Shown: positions 8,847 through 18,737, counted from the stretch's first letter. The stretch: 64,000 bases of DNA from Butyrivibrio sp. (GCF_017433805.1 NZ_JAFRGN010000020.1:7514-71513), one strand, 5' to 3'. The notes: generated by a model not told the origin, from the sequence alone. A program made the numbers and translations.

Positions 8847-10802
8847 ATGGGACTTATTACTAAACCTCAAACTTATAATATATGCTTCTCGATAGCAGCT
8901 CTTGTGCTTATTTTTGTTACTTATCTGATTCATGCTTCAGAAGAAAAAGTATTCAACAGGCAGGGGCATATTTTTGGCGCCCTGATTTTTGATGCATTCA
9001 TGCTGAATCTGATGGGGCTTATACATAACGCATATCTTTATAGTGATGTCGGCGCTGCAGCAATAGGCTATGACATCAACTGCTACGTGGTTCTTGCGGA
9101 AAAGCTCTTTGCACACCTTCTTCCGTATCTGTCAATCTGCTATGTGATGAGTATTTTCCAGATTGATTTCAATACTGTTTTGAAAAAAGCTATCATTATA
9201 ATTCCTACAGCTTATTCACTGTCTGTATTTATGATTGGCTTCTTTACCAGGTTCTTCTTCTACTTTACTGAAGATGGCAATATTAAGTTCATTTATCCTC
9301 AGGGAGCTACAGTATATATAGGGGCAGATCTGTATTTCATTTTTGCTACATATCTTTTGATCAAGTATACCAAGACACTTAGCTCGGAGAAGGCTTACGC
9401 CCTGTGGGTTTATTACATTTTGATGTTACTTGCTGTACCGATCAGGATTATTTCAAGGTCAAGCTCTATCTTTGAATTCAGTGTTTCACTGGCGCTTCTT
9501 TTATGCGTTTATACCTTCCAGAATCCAAGCGAATTTGTCGACAGGATGTCGGGGGCGGCAACCAGAAATGCGCTCAATTTTGCTGTGTCTACAAATCTTT
9601 TACAGAAAAAAGAATTTACTCTTTATGGAGTTCACATCGACAGATTATCAGTTCTGATCGGAGAAAAACAGCCAGAGAAAGCTGCAGAATTACTGAGCCA
9701 GATAACTGAATATCTAAGAGGCTTCAGTCCTGATGGAATAGTTTATTATCCATACATGGAAGATTTTGTGATGCTGTTCCCTGATGTTACAGCAGATGAG
9801 TCAACAATCGAGAAGATAACTGACGAGATCAAAAGGCGCTTCAGAGATCATTGGAAGGTTGGGGATGAAGAAATCAAGCTGATAGAAACCCCTTATGCTG
9901 TTGTGTTCCCTGAGGAAGTAGACAGTCTTGAAAGATACAATGAAGTTAGAGGTGTTCTTGAGAAGGCTCTGACCAAGCAGAGCAGAGATATTGTCCGTGT
10001 TGCTGACATCAACCTCAAGGTGGTTGAGCATGATAAAAAGATAGATGGAATAGTTAAGCATGCCCTTGATGATGAGCTTCTTGACGTATACTATCAGCCT
10101 ATTTACTCACCGGTTACCGGTAAGTTCTCATCCTGTGAGGCTCTCCTTAGACTTAAGGACCCTCAGCTTGGATTTATTTCGCCTGCAATCTTCATGCCGA
10201 TTGCTGAAAGAAATGGTACAATCCTTGCTATTGATAAGTTTGTTCTGTCTTCAGTGTGCGACATGCTCTCTAAGACGGATGTCAGAAAATATGGCCTTGA
10301 ATATACCGAGGTCAACCTTTCTGTAGTTGACTGTATCCAGACTAATCTTGCAGATAATGTCATGGGAACTTTGAATAAGTATCAGATTGCACCAAAAGAG
10401 ATCAATTTTGAGATCACAGAGACTTACGAGCAGGGCATTACAGCTGCTATGGATGAGAATATCAGGAAACTGATGGAAATGGGTATTTCTTTTTCCATGG
10501 ATGACTTTGGAACTGGATATTCTAACCTTGTGAGAATAGCTACTATGCCAGTGGAAATATTCAAGCTGGATAAGAGTATAATTCAGTCTGCGTTCGAGTC
10601 TGAAACTTCTTATATGGTCATGCTCAATCTTATCAAGATCATCAAATCCCTCGGAAAAGAAATAGTGGCTGAGGGTGTGGAAACTGGCGAACAGGCTCGT
10701 CAGCTTATTAAGCTTGGCTGTGACCATATCCAGGGATTCTTTTACGCTCGTCCTATGCCTCGAGATCAGTTCGTGCAATTCCTGAAAGAGCACAACGGGT
10801 AG
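8847..10802 (+). CDS. Membrane EAL-domain c-di-GMP phosphodiesterase (degenerate GGDEF)
   Basis: YYQPI, CEALLRL, VNLS, FEITE, MDDFGTGYS, FKLDKS, AEGVET, QGFFYARP all intact; N-terminal TM domain. Confidence 0.88.
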   Translation: MGLITKPQTYNICFSIAALVLIFVTYLIHASEEKVFNRQGHIFGALIFDAFMLNLMGLIHNAYLYSDVGAAAIGYDINCYVVLAEKLFAHLLPYLSICYVMSIFQIDFNTVLKKAIIIIPTAYSLSVFMIGFFTRFFFYFTEDGNIKFIYPQGATVYIGADLYFIFATYLLIKYTKTLSSEKAYALWVYYILMLLAVPIRIISRSSSIFEFSVSLALLLCVYTFQNPSEFVDRMSGAATRNALNFAVSTNLLQKKEFTLYGVHIDRLSVLIGEKQPEKAAELLSQITEYLRGFSPDGIVYYPYMEDFVMLFPDVTADESTIEKITDEIKRRFRDHWKVGDEEIKLIETPYAVVFPEEVDSLERYNEVRGVLEKALTKQSRDIVRVADINLKVVEHDKKIDGIVKHALDDELLDVYYQPIYSPVTGKFSSCEALLRLKDPQLGFISPAIFMPIAERNGTILAIDKFVLSSVCDMLSKTDVRKYGLEYTEVNLSVVDCIQTNLADNVMGTLNKYQIAPKEINFEITETYEQGITAAMDENIRKLMEMGISFSMDDFGTGYSNLVRIATMPVEIFKLDKSIIQSAFESETSYMVMLNLIKIIKSLGKEIVAEGVETGEQARQLIKLGCDHIQGFFYARPMPRDQFVQFLKEHNG

Positions 10803-10885
10803 CGCATCGCACATCCAGACCTCCGATGATGCTTGGTGTCAAATCGGTCTGGCTGCACATATGCTTTGAACGCTCTAACGAGGCA

Positions 10886-10914
10886 TTGCAAAGAAGTTTT
10901 CCAAAGTGTATTAT
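10886..10914 (+). promoter_or_regulatory. Sigma-A promoter of hisS
   Basis: TTGCAA (10886-91), 17-bp spacer, TATTAT (10909-14). Confidence 0.65.
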
Positions 10915-10949
10915 ATTGAAAGAATTTTTCTATATAAGGATGGTAATTT

Positions 10950-12215
10950 ATGGCATTAATTAAGAAACCAGTTACAGGAATGAAGGATATTCTGCCCTCA
11001 GAAATGCAGCTGAGGGATTATTGTATTGGAATAATCAAGAAGACTTATGCAGAGTTTGGATTTACATCTATCGAGACTCCTGCAGTAGAGTCACTTGCCA
11101 ACCTCAACAGCAAACAGGGCGGCGAGAACGAGAAGCTTATCTTCAAGGTAATGAAGAGAGGCGAGAAGCTCAATCTTGAGACAGCCAAGGAGGAGAACGA
11201 TCTTACAGATTCAGGTCTTCGTTATGACCTTACAGTTCCCCTCGTTCGTTTTTATGCTAATCATGCTAATGAGCTTCCAGCACCTTTCAAGGCACTTCAG
11301 ATGGGCAATGTATGGAGAGCTGACAGACCTCAGAAGGGTAGATATCGTCAGTTCATGCAGTGCGATATAGATATTCTGGGTGAGGCTTCTAACCTTGCTG
11401 AGATCGAGCTTATTCTGGCTACAACTACAACACTTGGAAGACTTGGCTTCAAGGACTTCAAAATCCGTATCAATGACAGAAGAATGCTCAAGGCAATGGC
11501 TGCATACAGCGGATTCCCAGAGGAAGAGTACGACAACGTATTCATCACTCTTGATAAGATGGACAAGATCGGAATGGACGGCGTAGCAGAGGAACTTGTT
11601 AAGCAGGGCTATGCTCAGGACAGTGTTGATAAGTATCTTGATCTGTTCAAGGCAGCAGAAGGTAAGCAGAACCTTGAAGGAATCAAGGTTATTGCTGATA
11701 AGCTTGGTGATTTCCTTGATGCTGATACAAGAGACAACCTCAATGAGATCATCAGCAGCGTAGATGCAACTAAGACAGCTCAGTTTGAGATGGAGTTTGA
11801 TCCTACACTTGTAAGAGGAATGAGCTATTATACAGGAACTATCTTTGAGGTAGCTATGCCTCAGTACGGCGGAAGCTGCGGTGGTGGCGGACGTTATGAC
11901 AAGATGGTTGGCAAGTTCCTTGGACAGGACACACCAGCTTGTGGATTCTCAATTGGATTTGAGCGTATCATCATGATCATGATGGATGAAGGCTTCAAGA
12001 TTCCGGGTGAGAGCGACAAGATTGCTTTCCTTATTGAGAAAGGTATCAAGGGCGACAGACTTGCTGAGATCATTTCAGAGGCGCAGAAGGAGAGAGCAGC
12101 TGGTAAGAGTGTTCTCGTAGTTCGCATGGCCAAGAACAAGAAGTTCCAGAAGCAGCAGCTGAATGAACAGGGCTATGAGGATATCAGAGATTTCTACGAG
12201 AAGCCATTGAACTAA
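10950..12215 (+). CDS. hisS: Histidine--tRNA ligase
   Basis: KPVTGMKDILP, LRYDLTVP, WRADRPQKGRYRQFMQCDIDI, LVRGMSYYTG, GGGRYD, GFSIGFERI. Confidence 0.96.
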   Translation: MALIKKPVTGMKDILPSEMQLRDYCIGIIKKTYAEFGFTSIETPAVESLANLNSKQGGENEKLIFKVMKRGEKLNLETAKEENDLTDSGLRYDLTVPLVRFYANHANELPAPFKALQMGNVWRADRPQKGRYRQFMQCDIDILGEASNLAEIELILATTTTLGRLGFKDFKIRINDRRMLKAMAAYSGFPEEEYDNVFITLDKMDKIGMDGVAEELVKQGYAQDSVDKYLDLFKAAEGKQNLEGIKVIADKLGDFLDADTRDNLNEIISSVDATKTAQFEMEFDPTLVRGMSYYTGTIFEVAMPQYGGSCGGGGRYDKMVGKFLGQDTPACGFSIGFERIIMIMMDEGFKIPGESDKIAFLIEKGIKGDRLAEIISEAQKERAAGKSVLVVRMAKNKKFQKQQLNEQGYEDIRDFYEKPLN

Positions 12216-12301
12216 TTTGCTAAGAATTTGAGAATAAATGCGTAGATGGGGATAATCTGGTATGACACAATAAAAGAAAAACCAGATTGGGGGATTACAC
12301 A

Positions 12302-12616
12302 ATGATTAGAAAAGGCTTTAAGATGAAGCTGTATCCAGGGATGGAGAAAGAGTACGAGAAGAGACACAATGAGCTGTGGCCAGAAATGCAGCAGATGATC
12401 CATGAGCATGGCGGACACAACTACAGTATTTATCTTGATCCGGAGACTCTTGTCCTCTATGGATATATAGAAATTGAAGACGAGGAGTTGTGGGCTAAGA
12501 GTGCAGACACTGCCATCAACCGTAAATGGTGGGATTTCATGGCAGATATTATGGAGACCAATCCAGATAACAGCCCTGTAGCTGTAGATTTGCACCCTGT
12601 GTTCCATTTAGACTGA
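12302..12616 (+). CDS. rhaM: L-rhamnose mutarotase
   Basis: EYEKRHNELWPEM, HNYSIYLD, RKWWDFMADIM, VFHLD. Start ATG 12302. Confidence 0.88.
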   Translation: MIRKGFKMKLYPGMEKEYEKRHNELWPEMQQMIHEHGGHNYSIYLDPETLVLYGYIEIEDEELWAKSADTAINRKWWDFMADIMETNPDNSPVAVDLHPVFHLD

Positions 12617-12619
12617 TCA

Positions 12620-13285
12620 ATGAAATGTAATACAGTTATTTTTGATCTTGATGGCACTCTTCTTAACACTCTGGAGGATCTGATGGATAGCGTTAACTAC
12701 GCTCTTTCCAGGTATGAGATGCCTCTTAGAACTTTGGAAGAGATCAGACACTTTGTTGGAAATGGCGTTGAGAGACTGATGGAGCTTGCTGTTCCACGGG
12801 GCAAAGAGAATCCTCTTTTTCAGGAAGTCTTTGCGTGCTTCAAGGAATATTACCTTATTCACTGTAACGACAAGACAGGTCCTTATCCACATATTATGGA
12901 GCTTTTAGAGGCTCTTAGCGACAGGGGCTATAACATGGCAATCGTGTCCAATAAATACATGAATGCGGTTAAAGAGCTGAATGAGTTATATTTTAGTAAG
13001 TTCATTTCAGTTGCCATCGGTGAATCAGCAGGAATTCGCAAAAAACCGGCACCTGATACTGTAGAAGCAGCTATCAGAGAGCTTGGAGTAAATAAGAATA
13101 CCTGCATATATGTGGGAGACTCAGAGGTTGACCACATGACAGCTGTTAACAGCGGACTTAGATGTATATCCTGCCTTTGGGGCTTTAGAACCAAAGAAGA
13201 GCTTATAGCTGCAGGAGCAGGCAACAATATATTTGTAACAGACCCAATGCAAATACTTGATGTTTTACAGGAGGAAGAACTTTGA
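12620..13285 (+). CDS. HAD-family hydrolase (phosphoglycolate phosphatase-like)
   Basis: FDLDGTL motif I, VSNK, KKPAPD, YVGDSEVD. Confidence 0.88.
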   Translation: MKCNTVIFDLDGTLLNTLEDLMDSVNYALSRYEMPLRTLEEIRHFVGNGVERLMELAVPRGKENPLFQEVFACFKEYYLIHCNDKTGPYPHIMELLEALSDRGYNMAIVSNKYMNAVKELNELYFSKFISVAIGESAGIRKKPAPDTVEAAIRELGVNKNTCIYVGDSEVDHMTAVNSGLRCISCLWGFRTKEELIAAGAGNNIFVTDPMQILDVLQEEEL

Positions 13286-14568
13286 ACGTTCACTTGGTCA
13301 GGCTGATAGTGCTAATTGTGTTAGTACTTCTCTCAGCTTTTTTCTCCTCTGCAGAAACTGCTTTTATGACTGTAAACAGAGTCAAGATCAAAGCGCTTGC
13401 AGACGAGGGCAACAAAAGAGCTGCATCTGTTATCAGAATTTGTGAAGATACACAGAAGATGCTATCAGCGATCCTGATTGGCAATAATATCGTTAATCTG
13501 AGCGCGTCAGCGCTGATGACTGTCTTTGTGACAGACCTATGGGGAAGCTTTGCTGTAGGAATAGGTACCGGAGTTTTGACTCTGGTTGTCCTTATTGTAG
13601 GTGAGATTCTTCCCAAGACCATAGCTACAGCATATTCTGAGAATATGTCACTGTGGTATGCGGAAATCATCATTTTTATAATGGCAATCACCAAGCCACT
13701 TAGCTTTATCATCAATGGCGTTGCATCTGCCATCCTCAAAGTGCTCAGGGTAGACGTACAGAACAGAGTTGCCATGACAGAAAACGAGCTCAAGACCTAC
13801 GTTGATGTAAGCCATGAAGATGGTGTTATTGAGTCTGGAGAAAAAGAGATCATCTACAATGTCTTTGATTTCAGTGATGCTGTGGCCAAGGATATTATGA
13901 TTCCAAGAATTGATATGTCCTGTGTCAGCACAGATGACGACTACAATGAAGTCATGAAGGTGTTCAAGGATGAAATGTACACCAGAATCCCTGTGTATGA
14001 AGGCAATGAGCAGGATAACATCATTGGACTTATTAATATTAAGGACCTTATCCTTATAGAAGATAAGGATAATTTCAAGATTAAGGATCATCTCAGAAAA
14101 GCTTATTATACCTATGAGTTCAAGAAGACAGCAGATCTTTTGATGGAGATGAGAGAGAAGTCTCAGAACGTTGCATTTGTACTGTCTGAGTACGGAACCA
14201 CGGTTGGTATGATCACACTTGAGGATCTTCTTGAGGAAATTGTTGGTGAGATCAGAGATGAATATGACTCTGATGAGGCACAGTTCATCAAGGATCTGGG
14301 CGATAACAAGTACCTGGTTGAAGGTAATATGAAGCTTGATGATATCAATGATGCCCTTGGAACTGACCTTGATTCTGAGGACTATGATTCAATCGGCGGT
14401 CTTATGATCGAGAACCTGGACAGACTTCCGGGATATGGGGAAACAGTTAATCTGGATAATGGCATAACACTTACAGCAAGAGCCATTAAACGTAACAGAA
14501 TAACCAAAGTACTCATGCATGTTGAACCTGCCAAAGAGCGGGAAACTGAAGAAGATAATAAAGAATAA
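13282..14568 (+). CDS. CNNM/HlyC/CorC-family transporter (DUF21-CBS-CorC)
   Basis: FFSSAETA, GEILPK, CBS pair (IMIPR; TRIPVY; GMITLEDLLEEIVGEI), CorC C-terminal domain; TTG start overlaps the upstream stop. Confidence 0.9.
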   Translation: MNVHLVRLIVLIVLVLLSAFFSSAETAFMTVNRVKIKALADEGNKRAASVIRICEDTQKMLSAILIGNNIVNLSASALMTVFVTDLWGSFAVGIGTGVLTLVVLIVGEILPKTIATAYSENMSLWYAEIIIFIMAITKPLSFIINGVASAILKVLRVDVQNRVAMTENELKTYVDVSHEDGVIESGEKEIIYNVFDFSDAVAKDIMIPRIDMSCVSTDDDYNEVMKVFKDEMYTRIPVYEGNEQDNIIGLINIKDLILIEDKDNFKIKDHLRKAYYTYEFKKTADLLMEMREKSQNVAFVLSEYGTTVGMITLEDLLEEIVGEIRDEYDSDEAQFIKDLGDNKYLVEGNMKLDDINDALGTDLDSEDYDSIGGLMIENLDRLPGYGETVNLDNGITLTARAIKRNRITKVLMHVEPAKERETEEDNKE

Positions 14569-14574
14569 AAGTTC

Positions 14575-14603
14575 TTTATAAATTTAGAAAAATATGTTAT
14601 ACT
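14575..14603 (+). promoter_or_regulatory. Extended -10 sigma-A promoter of scfA
   Basis: TTTATA (14575-80), 17 bp, TG-t-TATACT (14595-14603). Confidence 0.55.
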
Positions 14604-14660
14604 GAGTCGATGAAAAACTCGAAATATGGTTGTTACCACATTTTCAAGTAGGAGGCAATT

Positions 14661-14807
14661 ATGAAACACGTTAAATCATTAGTTACAAGAAACCTTAAGG
14701 AATCAATGAAGAAGGGCGGATGCGGCGAGTGCCAGACATCTTGCCAGTCTGCTTGCAAGACTTCCTGCACAGTAGGAAATCAGAGCTGCGAACAGCTTAG
14801 CAAGTAA
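14661..14807 (+). CDS. scfA: Six-cysteine ranthipeptide SCIFF precursor (48 aa; absent from ORF track)
   Basis: Hand translation MKHVKSLVTRNLKESMKKGGCGECQTSCQSACKTSCTVGNQSCEQLSK behind AGGAGG; directly upstream of a radical SAM/SPASM maturase. Confidence 0.96.
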   Translation: MKHVKSLVTRNLKESMKKGGCGECQTSCQSACKTSCTVGNQSCEQLSK

Positions 14808-14823
14808 TTACCGGTTACAGATA

Positions 14824-14942
14824 TTCCGGGAAGCACATAATTTATCCCGGAAACATGATTTAGTCATGTCGGGCAGCGACTTTGTCGCTGCCCAAATTTT
14901 GTGGTATTCAAAGCCATGCATTTTCGAGTCTGGCTTTGAATA
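14824..14942 (+). other. Four back-to-back hairpins in the scfA-scfB spacer
   Basis: Stems 14824-14852 (8 bp), 14853-14869 (6 bp), 14871-14893 (10 bp perfect), 14905-14942 (12 bp perfect). Confidence 0.7.
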
Positions 14943-14962
14943 ATTGTTAGTTAGGAGAAATT

Positions 14963-16402
14963 ATGATTCACGCTTATAAGAACAACGGCTATAATATTGT
15001 TCTGGACGTTAACAGCGGATCAGTTCATGTTGTAGATGACGTTGTTTTCGACCTTGTAGAGGTCGTAGAGACAAGACTGCAGGATAAATATGGTACTGCA
15101 GCAGCCGCTGAGGACAACAATGGTGTAGATGAAGCTGATGTTAAATGGCTTCTTGAGGATGTTCTTTCTACTACAGACGTTAAGAGCAAGTACTCAGAGG
15201 AAGATATTAAGGAAGCTATTGAGGAGATCCTTGAGCTTCGCGCTTCAGAAGTTCTTTATGTAGACGATGTTTACGAGAACTACGTAGAAGATTTCCAGAA
15301 CAGGGATACAGTTATTAAGGCTCTTTGCCTTAATATAGCTCATGACTGTAACCTTAGATGTAAATACTGCTTTGCTGACGAGGGTGAGTACCACGGCAGA
15401 AGAGCACTCATGAGCGAAGAGGTTGGTAAGGCAGCACTTGATTTCCTTATCAAGAATTCAGGTAATCGTAGAAATCTTGAAGTTGACTTCTTTGGTGGCG
15501 AGCCACTTATGAACTGGGAAGTTGTCAAGAAGATCGTCGAGTACGGCAGATCAATTGAGAAAGAGCACAACAAGAACTTCAGATTCACAATTACTACAAA
15601 CGGAACACTTTTGAATGATGAGATCCTTGAGTATGTTAACAAGGAAATGGGCAATATTGTTCTTTCTATCGACGGCCGTAAGGAAGTTAACGACTTTATG
15701 CGTCCTAGAAGAGGCGGACAGGGCTGCTATGATGACATAGTACCTAAGTTCCAGAAGGTTGCAGAATCTCGTCATCAGCTCAGATATTTCGTAAGAGGAA
15801 CCTTTACTCACAACAATCTTGATTTCTCAGAAGATGTCAAGCATCTTGCAGATCTTGGTTTCAAGCAGATATCTGTAGAGCCTGTAGTTGCCAAGCCTGA
15901 GGACTGGTACGCACTCAAGGATGAAGATATTCCTAAACTTTGCGAAGAGTACGACAAGCTTGCCAAGTTCTACATCGAGAGACACAAGGAAGGTAAGGGC
16001 TTTAACTTCTTCCACTTCAACATCGATCTCGAGGGTGGCCCTTGTGTTGCCAAGAGACTTTCAGGATGTGGTTCAGGATGCGAGTATTTGGGTGTTACTC
16101 CTTGGGGAGACCTTTATCCATGCCATCAGTTTGTTGGTAATGAGGACTTCATCATGGGTAACGTATACGATGGAATAACCAGAAATGACATCAGAGAGAT
16201 GTTCAAGAAGAGCAATGTTTATTCCAGACCCGAGTGTGAGAAATGTTTTGCCAGGTACTACTGCAGTGGCGGATGTGCTGCCAATGCATATAATTTTAAC
16301 GGGGATATCAATACGACATATAAGCACGGATGTGAGCTTCAGAGAAAGCGCATAGAATGTGCCATTATGATAAAAGCGGCTTTAGCCGAAGAAGAAGGTT
16401 AA
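14963..16402 (+). CDS. scfB: SCIFF thioether-forming radical SAM/SPASM maturase
   Basis: MIHAYKNNGYNIVLDVNSG N-terminus, CNLRCKYC radical SAM motif, FFGGEPL, SPASM cysteines (GCGSGC, PCHQF, CEKCFARYYCSGGC). Confidence 0.93.
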   Translation: MIHAYKNNGYNIVLDVNSGSVHVVDDVVFDLVEVVETRLQDKYGTAAAAEDNNGVDEADVKWLLEDVLSTTDVKSKYSEEDIKEAIEEILELRASEVLYVDDVYENYVEDFQNRDTVIKALCLNIAHDCNLRCKYCFADEGEYHGRRALMSEEVGKAALDFLIKNSGNRRNLEVDFFGGEPLMNWEVVKKIVEYGRSIEKEHNKNFRFTITTNGTLLNDEILEYVNKEMGNIVLSIDGRKEVNDFMRPRRGGQGCYDDIVPKFQKVAESRHQLRYFVRGTFTHNNLDFSEDVKHLADLGFKQISVEPVVAKPEDWYALKDEDIPKLCEEYDKLAKFYIERHKEGKGFNFFHFNIDLEGGPCVAKRLSGCGSGCEYLGVTPWGDLYPCHQFVGNEDFIMGNVYDGITRNDIREMFKKSNVYSRPECEKCFARYYCSGGCAANAYNFNGDINTTYKHGCELQRKRIECAIMIKAALAEEEG

Positions 16403-16418
16403 CGGGAGGATTTTTAGT

Positions 16419-18686
16419 ATGAAACGCTTAAAATCAGTGATCGGACTGATCCTTATGCTGGCTCTCCTTGGGGGACTTGGATACTCAGCAGTTGTAGGAC
16501 TTGGTCCAGACAAGTCAGGATCTCTGTCCAGTATTCCTTTAGGACTTGATCTTGCGGGTGGTGTCAGCATCACTTATGAAGTAGTTGGGGAAGAAAACCC
16601 TGATAAAGAGGATATGTCAGATACAATTTACAAGCTTCAGCAGCGTGTAGATCAGTACAGCACAGAGTCACTTGTATATCAGGAAGGTTCCAACAGAATC
16701 AACATCGAGATTCCTGGTGTATCAGATGCCAACGCTATTCTTGAAGAGCTTGGTCAGCCAGGTAACTTGTACTTTATTGCTCAGACAGACTCTGAGGGTA
16801 ATCCAAACTATGAGTACAAGCTTGATTCAACATATGGTCTTTTCTATACATATGAACTGAACAAGACAATTGAAGAACTTGAGGCAGATGGTTCAATCGT
16901 TCTTTCTGGTTCAGACGTTGAGACAGCACAGGCTGTATATCAGCAGGATTCATATGGCGGAAATGAACCTGTAGTATCTCTTGACTTTACAGAGGCTGGA
17001 GCAGCTGCTTTTGCAGAGGCTACAACAAAGGCTTATGCTAATGGCGAGAGCATCGGTATCTACTATGATGGTCAGTTCATCAGCGTTCCTACAGTTCAGG
17101 CAGCTATTACAGATGGTAAGGCTGTTATCACAGGAATGTCAGATTATGAGAATGCAGCTAGTCTTGCTTCTATGATCAGAATCGGTGGACTTAAGCTTCA
17201 GCTTAACGAACTTCGTTCTAACGTAGTAGGCGCTCAGCTTGGTTCAGATGCTATCAGAACATCTCTTTATGCAGCAGCTGTAGGATTTGCACTTATTGCA
17301 GTATTCATGATCGTATTCTTCAGAATACTTGGTTTCTCTGCAACACTTGCACTTGCATTCTACACAACACTTATGGTATTCATGCTCTCAGCATTTGAGC
17401 AGACACTTACACTTCCTGGTATTGCAGGTATCATTCTTTCAATCGGTATGGCAGTTGATGCTAACGTTCTTGTATTCTCTCGTATCAAGGAAGAGATTGC
17501 AGGCGGTAAGGATGTTAACGAGGCTAGAAAGGCCGGATATAACAAGGCTCTTTCATCAATCATTGATGGTAACGTAACAACATTCATCGTTGCTTTTTGG
17601 CTCTACATTTTAGGAACAGGTTCAATCAAGGGATTTGCTATAACACTTATGTTTGGTATTGTCCTTTCAATGTTCACTGCTCTTGTTATTACTAGAACAA
17701 TTACATCACTCCTTTATGGCATCGGCCTTCAGAGCCCAGTTCTCTATGGTAAGGCTAAGGCACCTGTTAAATTTGATTTCGTTGGTAAGAGAAAGATATT
17801 CTACGGAGTTTCATGTGCTATCATCATTGCTGGTTTCGTAGCAATGGGTGTTAACGCAGGACAGGGCAAGGGAGCATTCAACTACAGCCTTGATTTCGTA
17901 GGTGGAACATCTACAACAGTTACATTTAGCGAAACTAAGGAGCTTGCTGATCTTGAGAAGACAGTTGCTGAGGATATCAAGAAAGCAGCTGGAATCAACC
18001 AGATTCAGATTCAGACAGTTTCAGGAACAACTCAGGTTATCTTTAAGACACCTACTCTTAACGTTCAGCAGAGAGAGGCAGTTGAGGATGTACTTGTTAA
18101 CACTTATGAAGTATCAGCTGATAACATTGCAGCAGAGACAATCAGCTCAGTTATCAGTAGCGAGATGAGAGCAGACGCTATTGTAGCTCTTCTTGTATCA
18201 CTTGTATGTATGCTTATCTACATCTGGATCAGATTCAAGGATATCAAGTTCGGCGCTGCAGCTATTATCGCTCTTGCACATGATGCACTTATTGTAATCG
18301 TATCTTATGCATTCACAAGATACGCAGTAGGTAACACATTCATCGCAGTTGTACTTACAATCATCGGTTACTCAATCAACGATACAATCGTCACATTTGA
18401 CCGTATCAGAGAAAACCTTGCAAATGTAACTAGCAAGAAGGAATATGCTGAGCTCGTTAATGGTAGTGTTGCTCAGACAGTTACACGAAGCTTGTTCACA
18501 TCAGCTACAACATTCTTCACAGTATGCGCACTTTACGCATTCGGTGTTGCTGATATCAAAGCCTTCGCGCTTCCTCTTATGGTTGGTGTAATCTGTGGTA
18601 CTTACTCATCAATCTTCGTTGCATCACCTATGTGGTACGACCTCAAGACTAAGTTTAAGACACTGTTTACAAAGCAGGCAGCTTAA
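16419..18686 (+). CDS. secDF: Fused protein translocase subunit SecDF
   Basis: LGLDLAGG, GMAVDANV, LDFVGG, GYSINDTIVTFDRIRE motifs for both halves. Confidence 0.94.
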   Translation: MKRLKSVIGLILMLALLGGLGYSAVVGLGPDKSGSLSSIPLGLDLAGGVSITYEVVGEENPDKEDMSDTIYKLQQRVDQYSTESLVYQEGSNRINIEIPGVSDANAILEELGQPGNLYFIAQTDSEGNPNYEYKLDSTYGLFYTYELNKTIEELEADGSIVLSGSDVETAQAVYQQDSYGGNEPVVSLDFTEAGAAAFAEATTKAYANGESIGIYYDGQFISVPTVQAAITDGKAVITGMSDYENAASLASMIRIGGLKLQLNELRSNVVGAQLGSDAIRTSLYAAAVGFALIAVFMIVFFRILGFSATLALAFYTTLMVFMLSAFEQTLTLPGIAGIILSIGMAVDANVLVFSRIKEEIAGGKDVNEARKAGYNKALSSIIDGNVTTFIVAFWLYILGTGSIKGFAITLMFGIVLSMFTALVITRTITSLLYGIGLQSPVLYGKAKAPVKFDFVGKRKIFYGVSCAIIIAGFVAMGVNAGQGKGAFNYSLDFVGGTSTTVTFSETKELADLEKTVAEDIKKAAGINQIQIQTVSGTTQVIFKTPTLNVQQREAVEDVLVNTYEVSADNIAAETISSVISSEMRADAIVALLVSLVCMLIYIWIRFKDIKFGAAAIIALAHDALIVIVSYAFTRYAVGNTFIAVVLTIIGYSINDTIVTFDRIRENLANVTSKKEYAELVNGSVAQTVTRSLFTSATTFFTVCALYAFGVADIKAFALPLMVGVICGTYSSIFVASPMWYDLKTKFKTLFTKQAA

Positions 18687-18697
18687 CATAAAATATT

Positions 18698-18737
18698 AAC
18701 AGAGCCGACTTCCATTCGGAAGTCGGCTCTGTTTAGT
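18698..18737 (+). terminator. Intrinsic terminator after secDF
   Basis: 16-bp perfect stem aacagagccgacttcc/ggaagtcggctctgtt with T-rich tail. Confidence 0.85.

Noticed and set aside
10803-10949. T-box leader upstream of hisS
   Set aside because: No T-box consensus (AAGGTGGTACC-like); a good promoter lies only about 35 bp before the start, leaving no room. The hairpin at 10815-10851 more likely ends the EAL operon.
14661-16402. Novel bacteriocin/sactipeptide cluster
   Set aside because: It matches the widely conserved housekeeping-like SCIFF locus beside secDF; no protease, exporter or immunity gene.
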